Below, piece by piece: positions 1-11,279 of a stretch of 63,139 nt of DNA; positions within the stretch are counted from its first letter, which is position 1, and every line of letters starts with the position of its first letter. The notes beneath the pieces were generated by a model, which was given only the letters and a program-made list of their open reading frames with translations, was not told the origin of the DNA and ran no database searches. The DNA is taken from positions 686,671 through 749,809 of the forward strand of contig NW_019091357.1 in assembly GCF_001949145.1 (NCBI RefSeq), read 5' to 3'. Source of the DNA: Acanthaster planci (lineage: Eukaryota). Made by a program: the position numbers and the translations under genes.

Positions 1-3000
1 CCCTAATGACATTTGGAGAATAGCGATCTGGGTAGGTACATGGATTCCGATTCTTCTATAGGAGAGTTTATTGGAGCCCATGCTACTCTCTGCCTTGTAT
101 AACCAGGACAGACGATGCCAATATGGCGATTCACAATAGAGCGCCTCCAAGAGTTTGCAACGCATTGGCCTATCACAATGCGCAAAATCTGTTGACCTTT
201 TCCAAACGCGCATTGGGTCGACAGATTTTGAGCATCATGATTAGCCAATGCGTTGCAAACTCTTGGAGGCGTACTTCTGTGAATCGCCCGTGTTATATTG
301 AACGACAAGAAAGCTCTGCAGCAGTTGCAAGAAGTCTGTGATGCTGCCACAACAACAGCATCAGTCATAAATTGAAACATCACCATAGCAACAGGAACAA
401 AAGTAACTTGAACATCATCAGCAGCAGTAACATCACTGTCGTTGCAATAACCTTAATTGACCCTGATAACGCTGTTGTACACTGTTTCTTTTTTGGGGGG
501 GGACAGGCATTGGCGCTTTTGATTACCTGCTACATGATTGGCCAAGAACTTCAAGAAGTCTACGTATCAAAGAAGAAATTCAAAGTAAGATAAAAATATA
601 CATATGGTTTGTCTATTCTTCCCCTCAATTTAAATAGTGATATCATTTCCTTGATACCTCTGTAGAGAAGTTCACAGTGTCAGTGTTAGTGTGGCAGTTC
701 TAGTTTGTTAATGCCAGGGTGTTCGATTAAGATTTCAGGGTGTGAGATTAAGATGTCAGGGTGTTGGATTAAGTGCTTACAGTTAGCTTGTTCCACCCCT
801 AGAGATGGAAGAAATGGCGTATCGGTGAGATTGAGAAGGATCTCAGGTATTGTCACCCACAGTGGCCTCAAGAACAGCAGTACCTTCGTCAGGAGATTGA
901 AGAGATCAATGATCAAGGAGCTGCCTACTTCAGTGAATTCTGGTAGGTTGTTGGTCCAATGCCAACCCATCTCCCATAATGTTTACCTTCTCCCAACTAG
1001 AACCACCCCTGAAGGCCTAACCGGCAGATCCCTGTCAAAAGTATAAAGAGATCAGTGATCAGTGAGCTGCAAGAGTGAATTCTGATTGGTTGCTGGTTCA
1101 ACGCCAACCTTGCTCTTCCCATAATCCTTACTGCAACCCTTACCTTGACCCTCCAACTACAATCAACTTTAAAAGTCCCAGAGAGGAGGACCTCCAGCCA
1201 ATGACTCAACAAATCAAAGATTCATCAAAAGTTCTGGGGGGTTGCTGGTTCAGCTCCAACCCAGCGTCTGGACTTCCACTTTCAAACTAAATCCCCTACC
1301 CCAGGATGAGCCTTCAATGCAACTCTGTAACTTGGACCTAGATCCTTTTCAACTTCATTGGTACCTTGGACTTAAATTATCTGCCAGGCCCATGATCACG
1401 GCAACAGCTCCAAGAGTTTAAAGGAATTTATGATCAAGAGAGAGAGGCTCACATATTCCCAACTTCAAAGCAGTCTAAGACACTTATGTCAGTATTTTCA
1501 TACTTTCATATTAGATTTTTAAAAATGTTTCATGACCTCAAAATCGTAGGCCAGTCATTGGATTGAGAAAATTGCAAGGTGGATGGCTATTGGGTGGGTT
1601 GGATGCAATGAGGGAGTGTGCAGACTCATTTGTGCCATCTGATTGGTCCATTTTGTTTCCTTCCCATAGGAACTACTTTGATTGGATCGTTTACTTCCTA
1701 CTTCTTGTCATTACTGGTTTATACATAGCCAGTCACATCATCACTAGTGATGAACATCACATAAGTCTCATTGCTTTCATGCGTCGCTTCATGGCTGTGT
1801 CCATTATTCCAATCTGGTTACGCTTTATGAAGTCAGCCAGGGCATTCAAACAAATTGGTAAGATTTCTTTTGTAGAAGTGTGTTTTTTTCATTGACCCTT
1901 GAAAATGCTTCCTCTCAGTTCACAAGGTGCTGGCACTGATAGTAATGTTTTGAATTTTTAAAGTTTGACCTAAGGTACTTATATTTTGCACTGGTAACGT
2001 TTCCCTTATCAATAAATGGTGCAGAATTGTGTGGGAGACAGGTCTAATTACTTCCAGCTAGGTGCGCCCCACGTTATGACTTTGAACTCAGTCCGCAGTA
2101 TCTCCTTATCACTGACAGATTTTTAATGTACCATAGGCAGGTTCAAATCCCGCCCCAATCAATTTCTTTGTTCATCTTTATAATTATTTGTAAGCGCCTA
2201 ATCAGTTTCCCTACATGGTTTGTGTCATGATTTTAATGTGTTTTTTTTTTCAAGGACCATTTATTGTAATGTTGGGACACATCATCAGCGACATCCTCAA
2301 GTTTGGCTTTCTGTATTTAGAGTTTTTCATACCATACGGTGAGTACACACACCAGTCACCCATCTACCTGTTTGTCACGTACCATTCTGAACAGTAACAA
2401 CCATTGGTGGTTGGTAAGGATTGTGAATTCATGCCGAGTTATCAATCTTGGCTCTCCACAGCCTTTGCCTTCTGGATGATATTTGGAGGCAGATCAGAGT
2501 TGCCTTCCATGCGGACAGTTGATAGTTTACTCTTCACTCTCTTTAGACTGACCTTGGTAGATGACTATGATTATGATGTAAGTATGAGAAGAACAGAAGG
2601 TGGATTGGTAAGAAGTTGGACTTTTGGACACTGATTCAAATAGTCCAAAGTAGTGTCCAGTTTGTGCAGTTTTTCTTTAAAGCATTTATGTTGGTTCAAA
2701 GTTTGCTAATTTCTTGTCCTAAACCATGATGTGCCGATTAACCAGGTGAAACAATTCATTACTCTCCTAAGGCCTTACATAGCTGATAAATTGTTTACTT
2801 GAATGGAATTGTTTTTAATTCCCAGAAGTAAATGGGTCTGTTTTTATTTCAGAAAATGCACGAGATTGACGCCGTCATGGCTTACATTCTTGTGGCTACA
2901 TTCCTGTTTCTGTCTGCCTTGCTCTGCGTAAATCTCTTCATCGCTTTGCTGTCAGACACTTTCCAAAGGTTGGTGGAGATTTGAAACACCAAGATACCTG

Positions 3001-6000
3001 TTTAAAGCAGATAGGGGTTGCCAAGGTAGCATGTTCCCACTCACAGGCTGCAGATATCTTCTTACAAGCCTCCTTGATCTTCTTGACTCATTTTCCCAAC
3101 CCCAGAGTGTACGACAACGCCAAGTCCAACGCCAACATGCAGCAAGCCTCCATCATCCTGGGCATCGAGGAAAGTCTCTCTCAGAAGAAGCTACGAAAGT
3201 ATCGGCGTTTCATCCACGAACAAGCATGTCCAGAGAACTTGTATTACGATGATGACCAGACAGTGAGTGGAGATGCTGACCTCAAGAAAGTCACCTTCCA
3301 GATCAAGGTAGGCAACTGGAACTTGATGCTTCATACAACATTTGGATGTGAGAACTTTTGCTTTCTCCTTATATGATGATCCTTTGAGTAAGATTTTAAA
3401 CTCAAATTAAGCTCAGGCATGCAATAGATGCAGATTTGCTTAGATGAACATGCTTTCCATGTTTTTCTTCAAGCATTGCTTTGATACCTTAAAAGCTGAT
3501 TGCCTACTGTTACCTATTGACCTATCATCTGTCCCTGCATGAAAACTCCATCTGCAGAATTAATCTTAGCATTGGGCATCTGATCTTTACCTTTCTTGAT
3601 CCCACCTCAACTGTCAAGAGCCGACGGTGTTAAAAACTTTAGCACAGCTCACAGCAAAAATTCAACAGTGAAGACGTTCATTATGATCGCCTGAGTGGTT
3701 CTATTATCTGCCCTCAGTGTTGGTCATTGTAATTTCGAAGCAGTTTTGATCATCTCATTTTTATTATTGTTGACAGTTGACAATGGTTTGTTGTTTAAAA
3801 TTGCATTTTATTTTTCACTTGGTGGCTTGCGGAAGCATTTTAACAAACTTTTCCATTGGTTTTGGCTTTGATGTCTATCTTAAACAGTCTCAAATGAATA
3901 GTTCATTAAAGTTTAGTCAGCCAGACATTCATCAAGGAGAGTGGTTTCCAATTATCATTCGCACACTTTCAGAATGATGCTATAGTTTAAACTTTAATTG
4001 CAGTCCTCAGAATGTTTTCCTTTCAAAGGTGGCCTGGCTTGCACGCTGATTAATGTGTTCAAAACTGCAAAGACATAAAGGAGCATTATATGCATTCTTG
4101 TATTTGATCTATCTGTTAGGTTAAAGAGATGAACAGGTGACAGGTGGAAATGCATTACCCACTCTTAGTGTATGTAGTATACGCATCCACTTGGACCTCC
4201 AATAAACATGAAAGGAAACATTCTCCATATCCTTGCTGTGCTGCTTTGCTTTAACCTTCCCCTTTTTTGGTAACTGGGCATGCACTTTAACCTTTGACCT
4301 CTGTTCACAAGGATGAGCTGGAAGAGATGAGAGAGAGCCTCTTTAGCCATCTGAATATCAGAGGATACCGGAGAAAGAAGAGGGTAACGGCTCGCTAATG
4401 CTTGATACTAAACATGCACTGATTATGTGGAGCTTTTAGGGCTAGGACACTCAGCTGCCGTGTTAGAAACAGGTCACATGACCAGCAGGTGTTGTAGGGC
4501 CTGTTTGTTTCATGCGGATCCGGATCGCGATCAGTGATCCGTCATTGGTTCACTGACACCAAAGCCCACCTAATAGATGAATTGATCCAGCGACGTGATC
4601 ACCGAGATCCAGATCCCTACAAGTCCATCACTAGTCCCTACAAGTCCATCACTAGTCCCTACAAGTCCATCACTAGTCCCTACAAGTCCATCACTAGTCC
4701 CTACAAGTCCATCACTAGTCCCTACAAGTCCATCACTAGTCCCTACAAGTCCATCACTAGTCCCTACAAGTCCATTACCTGTCATCCAAGTTTAGCCAAG
4801 TCATTAACTGTTCAAATGAACTGTGACAAAAGTATTCTTTGTCATTGCTCATCATCTTGTGAAAGGACTTGTTTAGGACTCAGCTTCAGTACCGATGACC
4901 AGTTCCTCCCCAGATGCTAATGTCTGGTAAAAAATCATATCTTTGGATCAGTTGATCAAAGGTCATAGTTGTGTAGTTTCTCATGGAACTGCAAGTTTTC
5001 AAAGACATGCTTGTCCAAGGCGTTGATGCTTATTCTTTTGCTTTAAGCATTATCTTGTTTGTGTCGTTTGTCAAGTTTGGCAGAATTGTATGCTAACCCT
5101 TAACAGGTCTGCAGACTCTCACTTTATGCATCTTTCTACTTACTCAAATAAAATGATCAGTGAAATGCATGTATAACATTAATCTGCACTGATTTGTTAT
5201 CTTGCACAAAATTGCCTTTGCACAAAATATGCACTTTGCACTTGCTTGATTGCAAACCTTGATAATTCCAGCACCCAAACATTCCTCAGCATTCCATTTT
5301 GATATCAAATATTCTTTTGCTCAATCTCAGCAGGAAAATATTCCCATGTACATTGCACATCACCAGGCACCTTGACACCACAAAATGTCTGGAGCTATTA
5401 GAATTAGATTTCGTATTCCATGTTGTTTAATGTCCTGTTTCTGCTTCTCCCACCTTATCCCACCTCTGCAACCGACTAGGATTCTCTAGAGGAGCTCCGT
5501 GAGCAGCTTACTACTCAACCAAAGGATGATCAAAGCAGCCAGGCCAAGGCTCTTGTCACCAAGTCCATTGAGGATCAACTGACGCAGTTTCGGATTAAGC
5601 AGGAACGATCCAATCGCCATGTCCAGAAGCAGCTGAAGACCATTAATGAGGTGCTACAGGCACTGTTGGTAGCTCACACAGGTGGTAAGGAACCGTACAG
5701 AGAGTTGTGAGTGACTGAAATACTGTTTATGGTTTATCAAGTGTGAGGAAAGTTGAAGTCTTGACTCAAGACTACTCAAGCCTTGACCTTGTTGCATCCG
5801 AGAGTTAGATGAATAGGTTAGAGCTTCCGTTTTGAATTGAAATGTTTCTCTTTTGCGTCGTTTCCAGGAGGTCCAGGAAGCACACCTGTCCAGCCTGGAG
5901 GGGGTGTCAGCAGTTTCCATAACATCAGCCGACCAGGTGTACTTGTGACCCTTCCTAGCATACCTCACAACACGGGGGAGATCAGAGGGGGCGGAGACTT

Positions 6001-7844
6001 TGAAGAAGATGATTATGAGGCGGGGAGGAGGCCTCGATTTGTTGGAAGACATGTACCTCTACAGAGTACTCCTGCATTGGGCTCTAGAGCCAGAGATCAA
6101 AGGTAGGTTAGTTGGCTGTTAATGCTTGAAATGGGAATGGTGGAACAGTAAAGTTGGCCTCATCTCTATTTACAAGGCCATTTGGTGTCATTCTCCAGTC
6201 AGCCATTTTGAATTGTAAGCAAGGCGATCTCTGTGCACATTTTCCAAAAACTCACTGTACGGGAATGACGATGAGGCAGTAAAAGGGCAAACCATAGAGT
6301 CCACCCTTGTGCTCCGATCGGTGGTTCCAAATTTTGATTAAAAAAAGTCAAGTCACGTTATATTTCAAATGAGACAAAAGCAAGGCTATATGTGTATTTG
6401 AAGTAAAATAGTCGGCTTCTTCCCATTTCAGAGTGTTTTATAATTGGATCTGGGGATCACAGTTCAAAATGGCCGTCTTGTGAATAAAACCTTTAAGAGT
6501 TACAGCTGTAGTGTTTAGACAGTTTATTTTTACTTGTTTAGGGAGGATAATCTTGCTACACAGCGGACATTCCTAGAGTCATTTAGACCCCAGGCTGTGA
6601 CTCCAAGTAATGCCACTGAGACAGATGGAGTTTACAAGGATAGGTAGGAGACATTGAAATCATTTGTAAGGTGTTGTTACAGAGCAAACAAGAAAGTCCT
6701 GCCATCATTTTCATGCTTAAAGTTTTCCATTTAAAATTTGATATTTGCACAAGATTTTTTTGCAAAGGTTGGTTCAGTGTGCTTGGTAAAACTAAATATT
6801 TCTCTTTCCATTTCCTCATCGCAGAAATTGACAAAAAATTAAAAAATCAAGTGTGACCAAATCAAGAGGAAATATGTGAACATTAGAGCTTTAAAGTTAA
6901 ATTGAATCCTGCAGGATACCTGACCCCACTTCTGCCACCATTTCTGTTCTTACTTGCATTCCTCTTCAAGGCTGAAGCTCTTCCGCGAAGAGCAGAAGAT
7001 TAAGTTGAAGAAGCGCAAGCAACAAGAGGACTACCTACAGCAACAACAGAGAGAGGCACAGGTCACTCTACCCGTGTCAGAGGTCAGCAGAGGTCAGGAA
7101 GGTCATGAACTCTCAGAACTGAGTCGGCAGATAACCAGGGAGAGTGAGGACTTAGACTTGGTCAAGTTTAGTCCTGCAGATAAGGTTTGTAGCTCAGATA
7201 TCGTAACCAAACTTCATTGTCTGTTAAGTTTGCTGAATAATTACAGAAAGATTACACTTGTTGTCATTGATGGTACATTACACAATTAGACTCAACAACA
7301 TCTTACATCCATGTAGCAGGAAAAATCATACCTAACAGTAGCGTATCCAGGCCTAAAAGGGGCAGAATGAAATTTTTGTCAAAAGTCAATCCAGTTTTTT
7401 CACCCGTATAAGAATCCTCCATCTCCCAAGATCAGGTGGTAGTACCTATTTTAAAACGAAGGAGATTTCAATACAGGCGATTCACAAGAGTGCACCTCCA
7501 AGAGTTTGCAACGCGTTAGCCAACCACAACGTGCCAAATTTGTTGACCTTTTCCAAACATGCATTGGGTTGACAAATTTTGCACATTGTGAGTTGCCAAC
7601 GCGTAGCAAACTCTTGGAGGCGCACTATTGTGAAGCGCCCGTATTCTTTTTAAAAAAACAAAACAAATGGCAACGTGTCTTTTGGGGAATGGCTTGGACA
7701 CACCAGCGGAACATAACATGCAGTAAACTAGGATATCATTGATACTGCATCGGTAGCTTTGCATTAACACGTAAACTGTTACTTCTATTCCTTTAGGATG
7801 TTGAGAAGCAAGAGGTTTCAGACAGAGGAAGCACTGATGCGTGA
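1..7844 (+). CDS. TRP-superfamily cation channel, 3' part (S1-S6 and C-terminal tail); 5' end outside the window; subfamily unassigned
   Basis: GT/AG exons join in frame: <1-31, 507-584, 803-942, 1670-1857, 2255-2338, 2462-2577, 2853-2968, 3106-3307, (4312-4383), 5480-5684, 5868-6102, 6542-6643, 6971-7184, 7797-7844 (TGA). Translation has TRP-type segments WNYFDWIVY (S3), LRFMKSARAFKQIGPFIVML (S4-S5 linker), LFTLFRLTLVDDYDY (pore) and NLFIALLSDTFQRV (S6), then a coiled-coil tail. Confidence 0.88.
125..290. mobile_element. Palindromic MITE, copy 1
   Basis: Long inverted repeats GGCGATTCACA..GCCTCCAAGAGTTTGCAACGC / GCGTTGCAAACTCTTGGAGGC..TGTGAATCGCC; second copy at 7474-7641. Confidence 0.85.
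715..773 (+). repeat. 21-bp tandem repeat, ~3 copies
   Basis: CAGGGTGTTCGATTAAGATTT / CAGGGTGTGAGATTAAGATGT / CAGGGTGTTGGATTAAG. Confidence 0.75.
2135..2235 (+). mobile_element. tRNA-derived SINE fragment
   Basis: B box GGTTCAAATCCC followed by CAATTTCTTTGTTCATCTTTATAAT, which is shared with 21768-21870. Confidence 0.6.
4614..4850 (+). repeat. 21-bp minisatellite (TCCCTACAAGTCCATCACTAG, ~7.7 copies) within a dispersed repeat
   Basis: Near-perfect tandem units at 4614-4776; the flank (TTCAAATGAACTGTGACAAAAGTATTCTTTG) recurs inverted at 61976-62135. Confidence 0.9.
6173..6492. mobile_element. Degenerate MITE-like element
   Basis: Inverted arms CAGCCATTTTGAATTGT ... ACAGTTCAAAATGGCCG. Confidence 0.45.
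7474..7641. mobile_element. Palindromic MITE, copy 2 (TA-flanked, Tc1/mariner-like)
   Basis: Same family as 125-290; flanked TA|CAGGCG...CGCCCG|TA. Confidence 0.85.
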
Positions 7845-8166
7845 AGATGTCATCCTGTAAGCTACAGTCCTTGCCAAATTTGATGTTGTTGAGCTGAATT
7901 ATGTCCATGGCTTGACCATTGCAGTATATGGGGACCATTTGGCATGGACGTTCACCTGCTTACAGTCATTCCATCAACATCTTGGTGATTCCTACGGCAC
8001 AGATCTTTAAACATGACACATCAGGCATAGTGAAGCATGATGTTTTCAGTATTTTACAGATAAAAAGTTGTTTTATTTTCTGAGAATATCATTTACATTT
8101 GTAAAAATTGTCCAATTTTGAAATAGTTGTGTCGTGCATTCTGCAATAGATGGAAGTAGAACATTT

Positions 8167-8172
8167 AATAAA
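8167..8172 (+). terminator. Candidate polyadenylation signal of the TRP gene
   Basis: AATAAA about 320 nt after the stop codon, followed by GT-rich sequence. Confidence 0.5.
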
Positions 8173-8334
8173 CTGTTCGTAGAAATTGCAGCTTGCTATA
8201 GTGGTCCAGAAATTGTGTGTCTGTATTGAAGAGTTGTGTTTTAATTTATGCAGGCTAGGACCAAATGCTGATAAATTTTCTAAGTATAAATCTTAGCTTT
8301 ATATATAAGAAACGAACACCGGTAGTTGGGGGAC

Positions 8335-8460
8335 CCAAGTGGCTCAACAGGTTAGCTTGCTGCCTGGTAGAACCACCCTGGTGGGACGAGAACCCTCCTG
8401 AAGCAGGTTCAATCCCCAGCAGGCTAACAAGCTAGCTAAACAAGCTAGCGTGAAAAAGAG
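8335..8460 (+). mobile_element. tRNA-like/SINE head with Pol III A and B boxes
   Basis: A-box-like TGGCTCAACAGG (8340) and B box GGTTCAATCCC (8406). Confidence 0.5.
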
Positions 8461-8512
8461 TTTTGCTTTTTATTTTATTTTAATTTAAGGCTGAGTAAAA
8501 GAAAAAGCCCCT

Positions 8513-9630
8513 GCTTCACTCGGATTTGAACCCAGGACCTCTCAGTCCAGAGTTCAGAGTCCTAACCACTGGACCACTTGATTTTCTTAGTAACATATGC
8601 TCGGACCATATATTTATCTTACAGATTGAAAGGTATGGATCTTAAAAATGTTATGAAAAAGGAAAGTGTTGGGATTTGAACCCAGGACCTTTCAGTTTAG
8701 AGTTCATAGTCCTAACCACTGGACCACTTGATTTTCTTAGGAATATGTGCTCAGACCATATACTTATCTTACAAATTGAAAGGTATGGATCTTAAAAAAT
8801 TTATGAAAAAGGAACTTGTTGGGATTTGAACCCAGGACCTCTCAGTCCAGAGTTCATAGCCCTAACCACTGGACCACTTGATTTTCTTAGTAACATATGC
8901 TCGGACCATATACTTATCATACAGATTGAAAGGTATGGATCTATAAAATTTTAAGAAAAAAGGAACATGTTGGGATTTGAACCAAGGACCTCTCAGTCCA
9001 GAGTTCATAGCCCTAACCACTGGACCACTTGATTTTCTTAGTAACATATGCTCGGACCATATACTTATCTTACAGATTGAAAGGTATGGATCTATAAAAT
9101 TTTAAGAAAAAGGAACATGTTGGGATTTGAACCAAGGACCTCTCAGTCCAGAGTTCATAGCCCTAACCACTGGACCACTTGATTTTCTTACTTGCTCACG
9201 CTCGGGCCATATACTTATCCAACATACTACACATGAATCTTAAGAAGTCAAGAAAAAAGAAGTTGTCAGGATTTGAACCCAGGACCTCTCAGTCAAGAGT
9301 TCAGAGTCGTTACCACTGGACCAGTTGATTTTCTAACTGATTTATGCTCCGACCATGTACTTATCCTACAGATAAAGATTGAAAGGTATGGATCTTAAAA
9401 ATGCCAAAAGAAGGAACTTGTCAGGATGTGAACCCAGGACCTCTTGGTCCAGAGTTCAGAGTCCTAACCACTGGTCCACTTGAATTTCTTACTGATTTGT
9501 ATTCAGACCTTTTACTTATCCAACAGATTGAAAACAGATCTTTAAAAAGTCAAGAAGGAACTTGTTGCGCATTTGAACCCAGGACCTCTCATTCCAGCAT
9601 TCACAGTCCTAACCACTGTACCATTTGGTC
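8513..9630 (-). repeat. Tandem array of 8 ~150-bp tRNA-derived units (A box, B box, oligo-T)
   Basis: Marker GGATTTGAACC (variant in the last two units) at 8522, 8672, 8822, 8973, 9123, 9269, 9424, 9569. The minus strand reads GTGGTCCAGTGGTTAGGACT..CTCTG..GGTTCAAATCC, then a T-run in most units. Confidence 0.9.
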
Positions 9631-11279
9631 AGAATGTGTTTGGACTTTATACTTAAGTAACAGGCCACTCACTTTGAATTGTCCATTATCTGTCAGATTT
9701 TATTTGCTTTGCATGCTTGCAATGTGACTGAGATGGTATTTCACTGAAATCTTTCCAATCTTTTCAAATATATTTTATTATAATTCAAACTATCTGTACA
9801 TATTGGTATTAAGTTTTGTATTTGTGTTAACTAATATGTTGTGTACTAGTTGAGATTTGTCCAAAAATTAGTAGAGAATCCAAGTTACATTAATTCATTA
9901 ACCTCCTCTCCCCTGGAAAAAGAAAGTGGAAGATGCAGTAACATTGGTTGAACAACCTTTCTCTAAAACGAATGAGGGAAAGGAGACAGTCCTAACTCTT
10001 GTAAACTTCAGCCAGTTCAACATAATGAATCCTCAAACTCAACATTCTCAGATCTGGTTTCCTGCTGTCAAAGATTTTATTTTCAACCACTTCTTGGTGT
10101 TTTGTAAGAAACATACTTGCATTTTATAGAATTTCATTTTATTTTCTGAAACTCAAAGTCGCACAAATTTGGCATAATTTTGAGACCTTCACAAAGTCAT
10201 GTTTTTTTTGGCCAAGAAACAAACAAATAAACCAAACAATTCGGATTTACAAAAGTTGGGTGCTTTGCGTAAAAAACTATTTTCTGACAGAGTTGTTCAA
10301 CCTAAACAACTTGTTTTTCTTTCATTTTTTTTTTCTGAGAGACATCAACAAACTCCTTGAGTAGGCAACTGTTTTGACTTGGCAGTATATTACATGTATT
10401 AGGAATGCCACATTTCAACATTTGTGTAGAAAAAAAGAGCACAATGTTGTTCAAAACTTGCTGTAAAAACAACTAATTCAGGCTTAGCCAGAAAATACGA
10501 AAAAAAACAACGCTTGAGCAAATGCATCTGGGGCAGATTGTGCCCAAACGAGGCTAGCGTTTCTCAAACATGAGAGGGCGCTGTCATGATACCACTGCAG
10601 GAAGGGTAACCTGGTGATGCATGTTGCCAAATTTTCAAGACAATGAACAGTTTTACAAACCTCATATTCAATGCTACTTAATAAGTGAAAGAACTCAATT
10701 ACCCTGAAATGGTATCCTAACATCTTTACATTTGGCCAACACCATCTATGCAAGTTGTAATAACATTTACTTTGTGAAAAACGAAAGCCTGCGTTAGTGT
10801 AAAATGTTGAACCAGTCTGGTCTGGCTTAATCTGAATGTGATGCAGTAAACCCTACAGACTCTCCATATTTTAGTTACATCATAAATACAAACATGCTTT
10901 TTTCGATGGAAGTGTACGCTTTCATGCTTAATGTTTTGTCAAAGTGAATAATGTGGAAGGACTTTCTTAGCCTCGCATAATTACCACTTGTTCCATTTTA
11001 AATAAAGGGTTTTGTGACATTTCTCACATTGGGTTTGGCAGGTTAGATACTCCTCATAAAAAGTGGCTGTAAATTTCCTTCCCAAATCCTAAACTGTTCA
11101 TGCAAGATACTCTTGAAGAAGCTTGAAGTATTTGCTTATACAACCTGTAACACACTGTGGCTCCATGGCTGGGTCCAAGGCTAGCTAGGAAACAACTCTG
11201 GAATAGTCTTCACCTCAAGGAGGAGCTCCAGATGATGACGATGCCATGAGGATGATGTCACTGTCATTGGTCAATGTCA

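Noticed and set aside
4614..4776. CRISPR-like array or repeat-protein ORFs (SPYKSIT)n
   Set aside because: Contiguous identical units with no spacers, inside a eukaryotic intron; the ORFs are by-products of a 21-bp period.
8513..9630. Functional tRNA-Gln gene cluster or CRISPR array
   Set aside because: Stems do not fold into a cloverleaf, and the inter-box sequence is itself repeated rather than unique.
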